The position numbers and the translations under genes are program-made. Below are positions 17,299 through 27,237 of a stretch of DNA of 64,000 nucleotides, one piece after another. The notes beneath the pieces were generated by a model, which saw only the letters and a program-made list of their open reading frames with translations, was not told the origin of the DNA and did not search any database. Origin of the DNA: Thermoplasmata archaeon (GTDB lineage Archaea; Thermoplasmatota; E2; JACPAO01; JAHFTW01); NCBI GenBank assembly GCA_034667725.1, contig JAXDQS010000003.1, forward strand, positions 160,001 through 224,000. The letters run 5' to 3'. Numbering within the stretch: position 1 is the first letter of the stretch; each line of letters opens with the position of its first letter.

Positions 17299-17520
17299 TC
17301 ACCGCTGCTTCCGCGACAGCATAGGCGGCGCGTCGCGGAGCGCCGCGAGCGACTCGGAAGCGCTCAGGATTTGCTTCATGACATAGGCGGTCGTCGCTGC
17401 CGTTGCCACGATCGTCATCCCTGTCCCCGCCAGCCACCATCCCTGTGCAAAGGCATACCCGACCGAAACCCACCCAGAAATCGGAAGAAGGCTGGCAATT
17501 TCTGGTCGCACGGGAACCAC
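17299..17520 (-). CDS. small hypothetical membrane protein (lower-GC segment)
   Basis: 73-aa ORF with hydrophobic core, starting 1 nt after the upstream stop. Confidence 0.35.
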   Translation of the reverse strand: MVPVRPEIASLLPISGWVSVGYAFAQGWWLAGTGMTIVATAATTAYVMKQILSASESLAALRDAPPMLSRKQR

Positions 17521-17521
17521 C

Positions 17522-18067
17522 TCACTTTTCGGCCTTGAGGTCGGCTAGAATCCGTTCAAGCACCGCGATTTGCTCCTTGCGGTCGCCTTCGACAAGGGCT
17601 CGGTTGAGGCGATGCTTGACGCTGTCTCCTCTTCTCCATTTTGGCAGGTCCTTGACCTCGATGCTCAACAGTGCCAAGCAGCCCAACAACCAAGCCCGTT
17701 CTTCTGATGACAGGGTCACGTCGTTGTTGTTTTTCCGCTGAATCGCGACCAAGCCTCCACCCGCCTGCATCAGATCGAGGGGCGCCCACTCCATGTCTTG
17801 ATGGTAAAGAACCGGCTTGGGCTCGCGGCGAGACGTTGTCAGCACCATCTCCTCTCCATGTTGGTTGAGAGCGTGGGTGGCAAACATGGTCCCGTCAACA
17901 ATGAGTCCCGGTGGCGCATGGTGCTCATCCGAGCTTCCTGAAACGTAGACCAGGTTCTTGGCTGGCACGACAACAACGTCCTGCCCGACCCAGGCCCGCG
18001 GCAGCGTGATGTGCGCTCCGTTGCCGAAGTTGGCCACCCGCTTTGTCGTGACCTCTATCCCAGGCAC
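17522..18067 (-). CDS. DUF2080-like (AbrB-type) N-terminal domain protein, lower GC
   Basis: KRVANFGNGAHITLPRAWVGQDVVVV matches the DUF2080 pattern; GTG start inferred. Confidence 0.65.
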   Translation of the reverse strand: MPGIEVTTKRVANFGNGAHITLPRAWVGQDVVVVPAKNLVYVSGSSDEHHAPPGLIVDGTMFATHALNQHGEEMVLTTSRREPKPVLYHQDMEWAPLDLMQAGGGLVAIQRKNNNDVTLSSEERAWLLGCLALLSIEVKDLPKWRRGDSVKHRLNRALVEGDRKEQIAVLERILADLKAEK

Positions 18068-18142
18068 AATTCGGATAAACGGTGGATATACATGGCCTTT
18101 GCTGGCCGAAGCCTTTTCCCGACGCCTCCAGTCGCGCGCCTC

Positions 18143-19861
18143 GTGCAGTCCCCCCTGGCCGCCTTCCGGGCCGAGGTCGAAGCCCTCCTGCGGGCGGCGG
18201 TGCCCGAGGGCACCAGCCTGCCCGCGCTGGAGGTGCCGCCCGACCCGGCGATGGGCGACCTGGGGATGCCGTGCTTCACGCTCGCCAAGGCGTTGCGGAA
18301 GGCGCCGCCGGCCATCGCGGCCGACCTCGCCGGGCGCATCGCGCCGTCCGGCTGGGTGGCGCGCGTGGCGGCGGCGGGGCCGTACGTCAACTTCGCCATC
18401 GACGGCGCCCGGCTGGCGTCGGCCGTGTTGTCGGACCCGCGCGCCGCGCTCGACCCCGTGCCGGCGCAGCGGCCGAACGTGCTGCTGGAGCACACCAGCG
18501 CGAACCCGAACGGGCCGCTGCACGTGGGCCGGGCGCGCAACCCGATCGTGGGCGACACGCTGGCCCGCCTGTACCGGGCGGCGGGGCACAAGGTCGAGGT
18601 GCAGTACTACATGGACAACCTCGGCCGCCAGGTCGCGACCCTGAGCTGGGGCAAGTGGAACCTGGACCCTGCGACCCTTCCTCCGGCGGGCCGCGACAAG
18701 GTCGACCACGACCTCGTCCGCTACTACCAGGCCGCGCACGACCTGGCGAAGCAGGACCCCGCCGTCGCGGCGAAGGTCAAGCATCTGGTGGAGGAGCTGG
18801 AGGCCGCCAAGCCGGAGCTGCTGGCGCGGGTGCGCTCGGTCTATGGCGCGTGCTTCGAGGGGATGCTCCAGTCGCTGCACCGGCTCGGCGCGCGCTACGA
18901 CTCCATCAAGGACGAGTCCGACGTGGTGCTCGACGGCTCGGTCGCGGACACCATCGCGCGCCTCAAGCAGTTGCCGATCGCGGGCGTCGACGACAACGGC
19001 GCCAACTACCTCGACCTCTCGACCCTCCTCAAGGGCCAGAAGGACAAGTTCTTCTTCACCCGCGGCGACGGCACCTCGGTCTACGCCACCCGCGACGTCG
19101 CCTACCACGCCTGGAAGGCCAAGCACGTCGCCGGCGGCGTGCTCTTGAACGTCCTCGGCGAGGACCACCGCCTCCAAGCCCTCCAGGTCGGCACCGCGCT
19201 CGACGCGCTCGGAATCCCCCGGCCCACCGTCGTGTTCTACGCCTTCGTGTCGCTGCCCGAGGGCAAGATGAGCACCCGCGCCAACCGCGTCGTGTTCCTC
19301 GACGACCTCTTGGACGAGGCCGCCGCCCGCGCCTACGAGGAGGTCAAGCTGCGCCGGGGCGCCGAGCTGGGCGAGCCGCAGCTGCGCCGCATCGCCGAGG
19401 CCGTCGGGGTCGCCGCCGTCCGGTTCAACATCGCGCGCATCCAGCCCGAGAAGCCCATCGAGTTCCGCTGGGAGGAGGCGCTGTCGTTCGACGGCGACGC
19501 CGCTCCCTACCTCATGTATGCCTACGCCCGCGCCGCCAGCCTCCTCCGGAAAGCCAAGGAGGCCGGTCTCGCCCCCGCGGGCGCCGCCCCGCCCGAGGCG
19601 GGCGAGCAGAAACTCCTCGCCACCGTCGCGCGCTTCCAGGAGGCCGTCCAGGAGGCAGCCCGCCAGAACGCCCCGCAACGGTTCGCCGCCTACGCCTCCA
19701 GCCTCGCCGCGGCGTTCAACGAATACTACCGGGACCACCGCGTCCTGGAGTGCGAGGACCGCGCCCAGCAAGCGCTGCGCCTGGCCGCCGTGGCGGCCGC
19801 GCACGCGGCGCTGGCGCGGACCCTGGACGCGCTCGGCATCCCGGCGCTCGAGGACATGTAA
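18143..19861 (+). CDS. argS: arginine--tRNA ligase
   Basis: EHTSANPNGPLHVGRARN, KMSTR, YLMYAYARA, FNEYY. Confidence 0.96.
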   Translation: MQSPLAAFRAEVEALLRAAVPEGTSLPALEVPPDPAMGDLGMPCFTLAKALRKAPPAIAADLAGRIAPSGWVARVAAAGPYVNFAIDGARLASAVLSDPRAALDPVPAQRPNVLLEHTSANPNGPLHVGRARNPIVGDTLARLYRAAGHKVEVQYYMDNLGRQVATLSWGKWNLDPATLPPAGRDKVDHDLVRYYQAAHDLAKQDPAVAAKVKHLVEELEAAKPELLARVRSVYGACFEGMLQSLHRLGARYDSIKDESDVVLDGSVADTIARLKQLPIAGVDDNGANYLDLSTLLKGQKDKFFFTRGDGTSVYATRDVAYHAWKAKHVAGGVLLNVLGEDHRLQALQVGTALDALGIPRPTVVFYAFVSLPEGKMSTRANRVVFLDDLLDEAAARAYEEVKLRRGAELGEPQLRRIAEAVGVAAVRFNIARIQPEKPIEFRWEEALSFDGDAAPYLMYAYARAASLLRKAKEAGLAPAGAAPPEAGEQKLLATVARFQEAVQEAARQNAPQRFAAYASSLAAAFNEYYRDHRVLECEDRAQQALRLAAVAAAHAALARTLDALGIPALEDM

Positions 19862-19898
19862 CACAACGGTTATGCCGCTGCATCCGTCGGTTCCCCGC

Positions 19899-21401
19899 AT
19901 GAAGGCCTTCCTCGCCGCCGCGCTGCTCGTGGCCGCGCTGCTTGCCGGCTGCTCCGCCAACGACACGACGGAGACGACCGGCCCGCCCACCCAGACGACG
20001 GGGCCGTCGGACCAGCGCTACGACCTGCCCGCGGACCCGAACCCGGAAGGCGCCGGCCACGTCCACGGCGACCCGGCCCAGCACAAGTTCCTGTGGAACT
20101 ACAACTTCACCGCCCGCGACCCGCTCTTGCAGAACCAGGCCAACGTCGCCGGCGTCCACGCCCTCGACGTCCAGGCCGGCTACCTGTTCGGCGCGGTGTA
20201 CGGCTCGCACGCCGCCAGCGTCGACGGCGGCCTCGTCATCTGGGACCTGTCCGACCCGGCGCACCCGCAGCAGACCGGCCGCTGGATCATCCCGGGCAGC
20301 GTCGGCGGCGACCGCAGCATGGAGGCGACCCCGGACGGCCGCTTTGTCGTGATCGCGACCGAGCCGGTCGACTGCGCCGGCCACGTCAACCCGCTCGGCG
20401 TCGTGGGCGCCTACCTCCTGGACACCCAGGACAAGACCCTCCCCGTCGTGGCGGACGCCATGACCCTCAACGGCGTGACCCTCGGCAACGTCCTCGGCGG
20501 CCAAGGCCCCGGCCAACCCGAGCAGGGCCAGCACTCGGTCGCCGTCCACCGCATCGGCGGCGTCGACTACGCGCTCATCTTCGGCAAGGTCTACCAGATC
20601 GAGCTCAGCGAGCAGGGCGCCCACCTCGTGCACGTCTCGACCATCCCGACCGGCCACGACATCTACGTCCGCGACACGCCTTGGAACACCACTTGGGCGC
20701 TGTCGGCCAACGGCGGCGGCGGGCTCACCATCTGGGACCTGACCGACCCCACCGCCCCCTTCCAGCTTGCGACCTGGGACGTCCCCGACCGCGAGGCGCT
20801 GGCCAACAAGGGCGTCGAGTACTACATCCACACCGCGGACGTGAGCTTCCAGCCCGACGGCCAGGTGCTCATCGTCGTGACCTCCGAGGACTTCGCCGAG
20901 CACGTCAGCCCCTTCTGGGTCGTCGACGGCAACCCGCTGCGCGGCGTCACCACGGCCAGCAGCCCCATCGAGCTCGACAACACGCTCGGCTCGTGGAGCA
21001 ACCCCGGCGACCACAACGCGCTGGCCGGCCTCACCTTCAGCCTGCACAACCCGCGCTTCCACGACGGCGGCATCCTCACCCTGTCCAGCTACCACGGCGG
21101 CATGTGGCAGCTCGACCTGCGCCACCCCAGCTTCTGGGCGGACCCCGCGCCCATCGCCTACGCGGCCTATTCCGACGGCGAGCCGCCGCAGGTCTCGGAC
21201 CCCGTCGAGGGCGCCGTGCAGAAGAACCTGTGCGGCCTGGAGATCGCGGTCGACACCCCCAGCTACTGGGACGTCGAGGTCGGCCCCGGCGGCCACCTCT
21301 ACCTCGCCGACGGCATGATGGGCCTGTACACCTTCGCGCCGACCAAGGACCACCCGGTCTACGGCGCCCCGGGCGACTACCCCGGCACCGCAGGCCTCTG
21401 A
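19899..21401 (+). CDS. secreted lipoprotein, LVIVD-like beta-propeller
   Basis: MKAFLAAALLVAALLAGC lipobox; repeats GLVIWDLSDP and GLTIWDLTDP. Confidence 0.75.
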   Translation: MKAFLAAALLVAALLAGCSANDTTETTGPPTQTTGPSDQRYDLPADPNPEGAGHVHGDPAQHKFLWNYNFTARDPLLQNQANVAGVHALDVQAGYLFGAVYGSHAASVDGGLVIWDLSDPAHPQQTGRWIIPGSVGGDRSMEATPDGRFVVIATEPVDCAGHVNPLGVVGAYLLDTQDKTLPVVADAMTLNGVTLGNVLGGQGPGQPEQGQHSVAVHRIGGVDYALIFGKVYQIELSEQGAHLVHVSTIPTGHDIYVRDTPWNTTWALSANGGGGLTIWDLTDPTAPFQLATWDVPDREALANKGVEYYIHTADVSFQPDGQVLIVVTSEDFAEHVSPFWVVDGNPLRGVTTASSPIELDNTLGSWSNPGDHNALAGLTFSLHNPRFHDGGILTLSSYHGGMWQLDLRHPSFWADPAPIAYAAYSDGEPPQVSDPVEGAVQKNLCGLEIAVDTPSYWDVEVGPGGHLYLADGMMGLYTFAPTKDHPVYGAPGDYPGTAGL

Positions 21402-21448
21402 CCCCGCCGACCGATGCCCTCAAGACCGGCCATCCGCCATCGGCCCGC

Positions 21449-21682
21449 ATGGTAGGCGTCGACTGGGTCGCCATGGCCATGGAGATGGTGCAGGCCACCA
21501 TCTGGTCCATGTTCGTCCTGCTGCTGGCCACAGGCATCCTGTGGGGCATCGACCGCGCGACCCACCAATGGTTCGACCTGCGCGTCATCGGCCGCGACCC
21601 GCAAGGCATCGCCATCCTGGCCGCCGGTGTCGTCATCGCGACCGTGCTGATCATCGGGTTCGTGCTGGTCGCGCTGAAGTAG
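21449..21682 (+). CDS. small 2-TM membrane protein (DUF350-like)
   Basis: Two TM helices with ID...D and IAILAAGVVIA patterns. Confidence 0.55.
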   Translation: MVGVDWVAMAMEMVQATIWSMFVLLLATGILWGIDRATHQWFDLRVIGRDPQGIAILAAGVVIATVLIIGFVLVALK

Positions 21683-21686
21683 CTGG

Positions 21687-22757
21687 CTAGAACAGCCGCG
21701 CCTGCCGGCCCTTGCCCGCCGCGGCCACGTACTTCTCCAGCGCCGTGTCGACGCGCTCGCGCTGGAACCCGAACTCGCCCACCAAGAGCTGCCGCACGGC
21801 GTCGGCGTCGGGCTTGCCCATCGCGAGCGCCGCCGCCTCGACCGGGGCGTGCGCCGGCTCGAGGAAGATGCGGCGCACTTCGTCGCGGTCGGCGAGCGCC
21901 TCGTGCTGCTCCACGATGGCGCGTTCGACCGCAGAGACGGCCGAGCCCGGGTTTGCCGTCAGCCGCTCCAGGAGGGCCTCCAGCGAGCCGTGCTTCTGCA
22001 ACAATGCCACCGCCTTCTTGGGGCCGATGCCTTGGACGCCCGGATGGAAGTCGGTGCCCACCAGCAGGGCGCAGTCGACGAGCTGCTCGCGCGTGAGGCC
22101 CAAGGCGGCCAGCGACGCCGCCAGCGGAATCTCCTCCGGCGGCACGTCGACCCAGACCTGCTTGCCGGGCATCTTGCGGCGGCCGCCGACCCCGAGGTTG
22201 CGCACCAGCACGGGCGTCCCGAACAAGAGCGCGTCGAAGTCTTGGCTGACGGTGGCGTCCGCGAGGCCCTGCTGCACCATCCAGGCGGCCTGCGCCTCGC
22301 CCTCGCCGGGCGCTTGCAGGACGGGGATGCCGAGCGCGCGCAGCAGCCGTTGCGCTTGCTCGACCATTGGCACCGTGAGACGGCTGGTCTGCTGCGCCTT
22401 GGTGCGCGCCGTGGCCAGGTCGCCGGCCTCGACGGCGGCGTCGTAGGCGGCCTGCGCCTCGACCTTGCGGGCCTGGCGGTGCGCCAGCGTGTCGGCCTTG
22501 AGCGCGTGCGGGGCGCCGTCGAACACGAAGACGGGGCGGACGCCGGCCTCGACCAGCGCGCCGGTGCGGTGCAGCACCCCCGTCAAGTGGCTGGTGACGC
22601 GGCCTTGCGGATCCGTGAGCGGCGTGCCGTCGGGGCCGCGGATCGAGGCGAGGAACTGGTAGAGGATGTTCCAGGCGTCGAGCGCGACCCGCTTGCCGGC
22701 GAAATGCTGCATGGTGACGGGGCGGCGCACCACGACGTCGCCCAGGTCGATGCCCAT
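21687..22757 (-). CDS. fen: flap endonuclease 1
   Basis: DAWNILYQFLASIRGPDG, FVFDG, EGEAQA, SQDFD, GTDF, GIGPK; C-terminal PIP-like QARLF. Confidence 0.96.
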   Translation of the reverse strand: MGIDLGDVVVRRPVTMQHFAGKRVALDAWNILYQFLASIRGPDGTPLTDPQGRVTSHLTGVLHRTGALVEAGVRPVFVFDGAPHALKADTLAHRQARKVEAQAAYDAAVEAGDLATARTKAQQTSRLTVPMVEQAQRLLRALGIPVLQAPGEGEAQAAWMVQQGLADATVSQDFDALLFGTPVLVRNLGVGGRRKMPGKQVWVDVPPEEIPLAASLAALGLTREQLVDCALLVGTDFHPGVQGIGPKKAVALLQKHGSLEALLERLTANPGSAVSAVERAIVEQHEALADRDEVRRIFLEPAHAPVEAAALAMGKPDADAVRQLLVGEFGFQRERVDTALEKYVAAAGKGRQARLF

Positions 22758-22815
22758 GCGCGGCGGCACGCCGATGGACCGGAAACCCCTTGTGGCGGGC
22801 GGCCCAGTCGTGGCC

Positions 22816-23859
22816 GTGCGCGTCCTTCCCGCCACGCTCGCGGTCCTGCTCTTGGCCGGATGCCTGGGCCCCTCCACCCAGTCCACCACGACGCCCGCGC
22901 CGCCGGCCAAGTTCGACGGCCAGGCCGCCTACAGCTTCGTCGAGGGCCTGGTGTCGGAGGCCGGCGGGCCGCGCTTCCGGGTGCCGGGCACGCCGGCGCA
23001 CGCGCGCGCCGCCGCCTGGCTGGAGGCCGCCATGCAGGTGCCAGGATGGACCGTGGCGTGGCAGAACTTCACGGGCGCGGAGTACCAGGCGATGCCCAAG
23101 GGCGGCGTCGCGGGCTACACCACCCAATGCGACATCGGCGAGCCGGAGCGCGTCAAAGGCCTGGAGTTCCACAACCTGGTGGCGCGCTGGGACGGCGGCG
23201 ACACCGGCCGCACGATGGCGCTGGGCGCGCACTGGGAGTCGAAGAAGGCGGCCAACCGCGACCTGGCGGCGGCCAACCAGACGCAGCCGGTGCTAGGCGC
23301 CAACGACGGCGCCTCCGGCGTCGGGATCCTGTTGCAGTTGATGCGGCACGTCGCGGCCCACGGCGGGCCTGCTGGCGTGGACCTCACGATCGTGCTGTTC
23401 GACGGCGAGGACGGCTTCGAGGACTGCCACCCGCTGGCCGGCTCGATTGCGTTCGTGCAGGCCCTGGAGCCCGGCGAGGTGGACCGGATGCTGCTCTTGG
23501 ACATGGTCGGCGACCCGGCGGCCCGGTTCATCCAGGAGACCCGGGGCTGCGACCCTGGCATGGCGGCGCTGTTCGCGCGCCACGCGCCGCGACTCGGGCT
23601 GGCGGACAATTTCTTGGAGCACAAGGCGCCGATCTACGACGACCACCTGCCGTTCGCCGAGGCCGGCATCCCCGCCCTGGACCTGCTGGACGCGGGCCGG
23701 CCCACCACCTTCCCGCCCTACTGGCACACCTCGCACGACACGCTCGCGAACATCAGCCCGGCCATGCTGGGCCGCGTCGGCGACCTGGTGGCCGCGTCCT
23801 TGCTGGACCCCGACTTCACCGCGCAGTGGCCAGCATCGTGCGCTCAAGCAGCGCCTTGA
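22816..23859 (+). CDS. M28 family peptidase / glutaminyl cyclase-like lipoprotein
   Basis: LLAGC lipobox; AHWES, GANDGASG, FDGED, DDHLPF, YWHT. Confidence 0.85.
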   Translation: MRVLPATLAVLLLAGCLGPSTQSTTTPAPPAKFDGQAAYSFVEGLVSEAGGPRFRVPGTPAHARAAAWLEAAMQVPGWTVAWQNFTGAEYQAMPKGGVAGYTTQCDIGEPERVKGLEFHNLVARWDGGDTGRTMALGAHWESKKAANRDLAAANQTQPVLGANDGASGVGILLQLMRHVAAHGGPAGVDLTIVLFDGEDGFEDCHPLAGSIAFVQALEPGEVDRMLLLDMVGDPAARFIQETRGCDPGMAALFARHAPRLGLADNFLEHKAPIYDDHLPFAEAGIPALDLLDAGRPTTFPPYWHTSHDTLANISPAMLGRVGDLVAASLLDPDFTAQWPASCAQAAP

Positions 23860-25201
23860 ACCGCGCCACCAACGCCTGCGCCTCGGCCTCGGTCTTGGCC
23901 TCGGCCTGGATGCGGAAGATCGGCTCGGTGCCGCTTGGCCGCACCAACGCCCAGCCCTCCTTGGTGTAGACCTTGACGCCGTCGCGCGCGTCCACCGACA
24001 CAACACCCGCCTCGCGGCCCACCGCCTCGCGCAACGCGGCGAGGGTGGCCTGCTTGGCGGCGTCGGGCACCTGGAGCTTGTCCTTGACGAGGGCGTAGCT
24101 CGGAATCTCGGCCACCAGCTTCGAGAACGGCTGGCCGGTCTTGGCCAGTAGCTCCAGCATGAACGCGAGCGCCATCAGGCCGTCGCGGCAGACCTGGTGG
24201 CGGGCGAACATGAGGCCGCCGTTGTCCTCGCCGCCGAAGACGGCGCCGACCCGCAGCATCTCGCGGGCCACGACGGGGGAGCCGACGATGGTCCACTCCA
24301 GCTTGCCGCCTGCCATCTTCACGGCGTCGGCGACGCAGGAGGAGCTGCTGACGGCGGTGCAGACGACGGCGCCGGGCTTGCCGTGGCGGCGCAGCTCATG
24401 GAGCGCGGCGAGGGCGAGCGACTTGTCGCCCCAGACGTAGCCGCCCGTCTCGTCGATGAAGACGGCGCGGTCGGCGTCGCCGTCCTGGAGGACGCCGAGG
24501 CTGGCCTTGCTGGCCTTGACGGCGGCGATGGCGCGGGTGGCGTTCTGCGGGCTGGGCTCGCTGGGCCGGTCGCGGAACGCGCCGTCCAAGGTGGTGCTCA
24601 AGGGCACGACCTCGACGCCGAGCGCATCCAACAGCTTGGGGGCGGTCACGCAGCCGGCGCCGCCGCCGGGGTCCAGCACGACCTTGAGCTTGGCGGCCCG
24701 GATCGCCTTGGCGTCCACCTGCTGGAGGACCGCCTGGAGGTAATGCGCGACGGCGCCGTCGTCGGTGGAATGCGTGCCGATGCCCTTCCAGTCGGGGCGG
24801 CGGAAGTCCTGCTTGGCATAATGGCCTTCGACCACCGCCTCCTCGGCCTGGCTGGTCTCGGTGCCGTCCGGGGCTACCAGCTTGATGCCGTTGTACTCGG
24901 GCGGGTTGTGGCTGGCGGTCACGATGGCGCCCGCCGCGAACCTGCGGTCGCGGACGTAGAGCTGGATGCCGGGGCTCGGCAGCACGCCGATGTCGACGGT
25001 GTGGACGCCGGTGGCGTTGACGCCGGCGCAGAACGCCGCCTTGAGGTGCGGGCCGGAGGCGCGGGCGTCAGAACCCACCGTCATGCGGTCGCCGGGCTTG
25101 AGCCAGGTGCCGACCGCGAGGCCGAGGCGGAGCGCCACGTCGGGCGTCATGGTCGAGCCCACGGTCCCGCGCACCCCGTTGGTGCCGAACAGCTTGGTCA
25201 T
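23816..25201 (-). CDS. glmM: phosphohexomutase (phosphoglucosamine mutase / PMM-PGM)
   Basis: LFGTNGVRG, TASHNP, DGDADR, GGEDNG, RPSGTEP. Confidence 0.85.
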   Translation of the reverse strand: MTKLFGTNGVRGTVGSTMTPDVALRLGLAVGTWLKPGDRMTVGSDARASGPHLKAAFCAGVNATGVHTVDIGVLPSPGIQLYVRDRRFAAGAIVTASHNPPEYNGIKLVAPDGTETSQAEEAVVEGHYAKQDFRRPDWKGIGTHSTDDGAVAHYLQAVLQQVDAKAIRAAKLKVVLDPGGGAGCVTAPKLLDALGVEVVPLSTTLDGAFRDRPSEPSPQNATRAIAAVKASKASLGVLQDGDADRAVFIDETGGYVWGDKSLALAALHELRRHGKPGAVVCTAVSSSSCVADAVKMAGGKLEWTIVGSPVVAREMLRVGAVFGGEDNGGLMFARHQVCRDGLMALAFMLELLAKTGQPFSKLVAEIPSYALVKDKLQVPDAAKQATLAALREAVGREAGVVSVDARDGVKVYTKEGWALVRPSGTEPIFRIQAEAKTEAEAQALVARFKALLERTMLATAR

Positions 25202-25279
25202 CGCCCCAGGAGGGTCCGGGAGGCCAAAAAGGGCGCTGGAACCGGAAACGATAGGTCCCTGGCCGCGCTGTCCGCCGGC

Positions 25280-25591
25280 GTGGCGGTCCCGAGCCGCATC
25301 TTCGTCGGCATCACCCTGTTCGGGCTGCTGTGCTGCGTGCTCCTGGTGCCCTACACCGTCCTGGTGGTGGCGTGCCACGCGCAGTACGCCGCCGACCTGC
25401 CCGGGATCCCGTGCGCCGAGATTCCGGTGGGCACGCGGCTGCTGCTGGTGCTGGCGAGCTTCTTCGCGGTCGCGTTCACGGTGCTGTCGTGGCGGGCCTT
25501 GCTGGCGGGGGCGCGGCGGGACCGGGCGCGGCGGCAGGCGCGGGCGCAGGGGAAGCCGGATCCGCTCAAGGAGCAGGACCCGCCGGGCTGA
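25280..25591 (+). CDS. small 2-TM membrane protein
   Basis: Two hydrophobic helices with a Cys-containing loop and a basic tail. Confidence 0.5.
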   Translation: MAVPSRIFVGITLFGLLCCVLLVPYTVLVVACHAQYAADLPGIPCAEIPVGTRLLLVLASFFAVAFTVLSWRALLAGARRDRARRQARAQGKPDPLKEQDPPG

Positions 25592-25606
25592 ACGGCGGCC
25601 AAAGGA

Positions 25607-25957
25607 CTACTTGGACGCCTGCCGGCGCTCCCACGCGGCCTCGTTGAGGCGCTGGTAGAGCTTCTCCGTCGGGTCCGGGGCGGCGCGCGCGGGGGACTCC
25701 TCGGCGACCTCCTCCTCGCGGACGCGCCACAGGTACTGGCGGCGGGCCTGGCCGTCCTGGCGCAGCTCGATGCGGCGGACCTCGAGGATCTTCTCGTCCT
25801 GCAGGTCGTAGAACACCTGGCGGAGGTCCTTGTCGAGCACCTCATCGTCCAGCTCGGAGCTGCCGGCGAACGCCTCCTCGACGACTTGGGACACGGCGAG
25901 GGCGTCCTCGCGCATCATCCGCATCTTCTCGGAGAGAAGCCGGAGCAAGGAGCCCAT
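25607..25957 (-). CDS. DUF6015-like Thermoplasmata protein (probable winged helix)
   Basis: LDDEVLDKDLRQVFYDLQDEKIL...DG..RR.Y.W pattern; CTTATC box 25-30 nt upstream. Confidence 0.6.
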   Translation of the reverse strand: MGSLLRLLSEKMRMMREDALAVSQVVEEAFAGSSELDDEVLDKDLRQVFYDLQDEKILEVRRIELRQDGQARRQYLWRVREEEVAEESPARAAPDPTEKLYQRLNEAAWERRQASK

Positions 25958-26012
25958 GCCTGGTGGATTCCGACGGCCCGGGATAAGCCTAGTGCTGAGG
26001 TTCGGCGGCTCC

Positions 26013-27170
26013 CTAACGTTGGCCGACTGCGGATTTCGCAAGCCGGAGGTTGTCGCGGTGGAGCGCCATGTGCCCCCGTTGGATGCCTTCTCCAGAGAGG
26101 GCCTTCAAAGCCGCGAGGTTCTGGGCCAGCCCCACGCTGGCGCACACGGCGGCAAGGCGGGCGGCGTCGGGGTCGCCGAGGATGCGCAGCGCGACCCGGG
26201 CGGTGGGATGGAGCCGGGTGACGCCGCCGACGGTGCCCAGCGCCAGCGGCAAGGTGAGGCTGCACTCGAGCGCGTCGCGGCCGCGCTTGTACGTCGTGAG
26301 GGGCCGGTACTTGCCGCCTGCCGCCGCGAACGCGTGCGCCCCCGCCTCGACGGCGCGCCAGTCGTTGCCGGTCGCGACGGCCACCGGGTCGATGCCGTTG
26401 AGGATGCCCTTGTTGTGCGTCGCGGCGCGGTAGGGATCCAGTTCCGCGAACCGGTTGGCGGCCACGATGCCGTCCGCGACCTCCTTGCCGCCCAGCACGT
26501 CCAACGGGACGCGGGCGCGGGCGGTGGCGAGCCGCTGGTCCGCCAGGTTCGACAGGATGCACAGGCCGAGCTTCGCCTCCAGCGCCTCGGCAGCGATGGG
26601 GCCGAGGTGCTCGCACAGCGTGTTGACCGTGTTGGCGCCCATGGCGTCGCGCGTGTCCACCCGCAAGTGCAGGACGGCGTGCTTGGCCCCGATGCCGCGG
26701 AAGTCGATGCCGCGCACGCCGCCGCCGCGGGCCACCATGCCTGGGATCAGGCCGTCCAGTTCGGCCATCCAGGCGGCGGCGTGGCGGGCGACCTTGCGAC
26801 GCGCCGCCGCCATGTCGGGCACGCCGCGCAGTTCCACTTGGCCGATGGTGACCGGCGGCATGACGGCCGTGGCGAAGCCGCCGCCCGCCGCCGCGAGCTT
26901 GGCGCCGTGGCTGGCGGCGGCGACGACGCTCGACTCCTCGACCGCCATCGGCACCGCGACCGGGACGCCGTCGACGACGAAGTGGACGGCGAGGCCGAGC
27001 GGGAGCGGGAAGCTGCCGAGCGAGTTCTCGATGAAGCGCTCCGACAGGTCATGTGGCAGCGCCGAGGTGGCCACCAGGTCGCGGAACGCGGCGGCGTCGA
27101 GCCGGGCGTGGGCGCGCACCCGCTCCAGGCGCTCGCGGCGGGGCAGGCGGTGGAAGCCGCTCCAGGACAT
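26013..27170 (-). CDS. mvaA: hydroxymethylglutaryl-CoA reductase, class II
   Basis: IENSLG, MAVEESSV, DAMGAN, ILSN, ATHNKG, GIQRGHMALH. Confidence 0.92.
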   Translation of the reverse strand: MSWSGFHRLPRRERLERVRAHARLDAAAFRDLVATSALPHDLSERFIENSLGSFPLPLGLAVHFVVDGVPVAVPMAVEESSVVAAASHGAKLAAAGGGFATAVMPPVTIGQVELRGVPDMAAARRKVARHAAAWMAELDGLIPGMVARGGGVRGIDFRGIGAKHAVLHLRVDTRDAMGANTVNTLCEHLGPIAAEALEAKLGLCILSNLADQRLATARARVPLDVLGGKEVADGIVAANRFAELDPYRAATHNKGILNGIDPVAVATGNDWRAVEAGAHAFAAAGGKYRPLTTYKRGRDALECSLTLPLALGTVGGVTRLHPTARVALRILGDPDAARLAAVCASVGLAQNLAALKALSGEGIQRGHMALHRDNLRLAKSAVGQR

Positions 27171-27237
27171 GCGGGCACGACCGGATGCGCCCATTCAGGC
27201 TTGCTGCTTTATCCCGGCCGGGGATGGCCGCGCGTCC

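Noticed and set aside
17522-19990. 822-aa minus-strand ORF that appears to fuse DUF2080 to a long N-terminus
   Set aside because: The N-terminal part is the antisense shadow of argS; only 17522-18067 has independent coding signals
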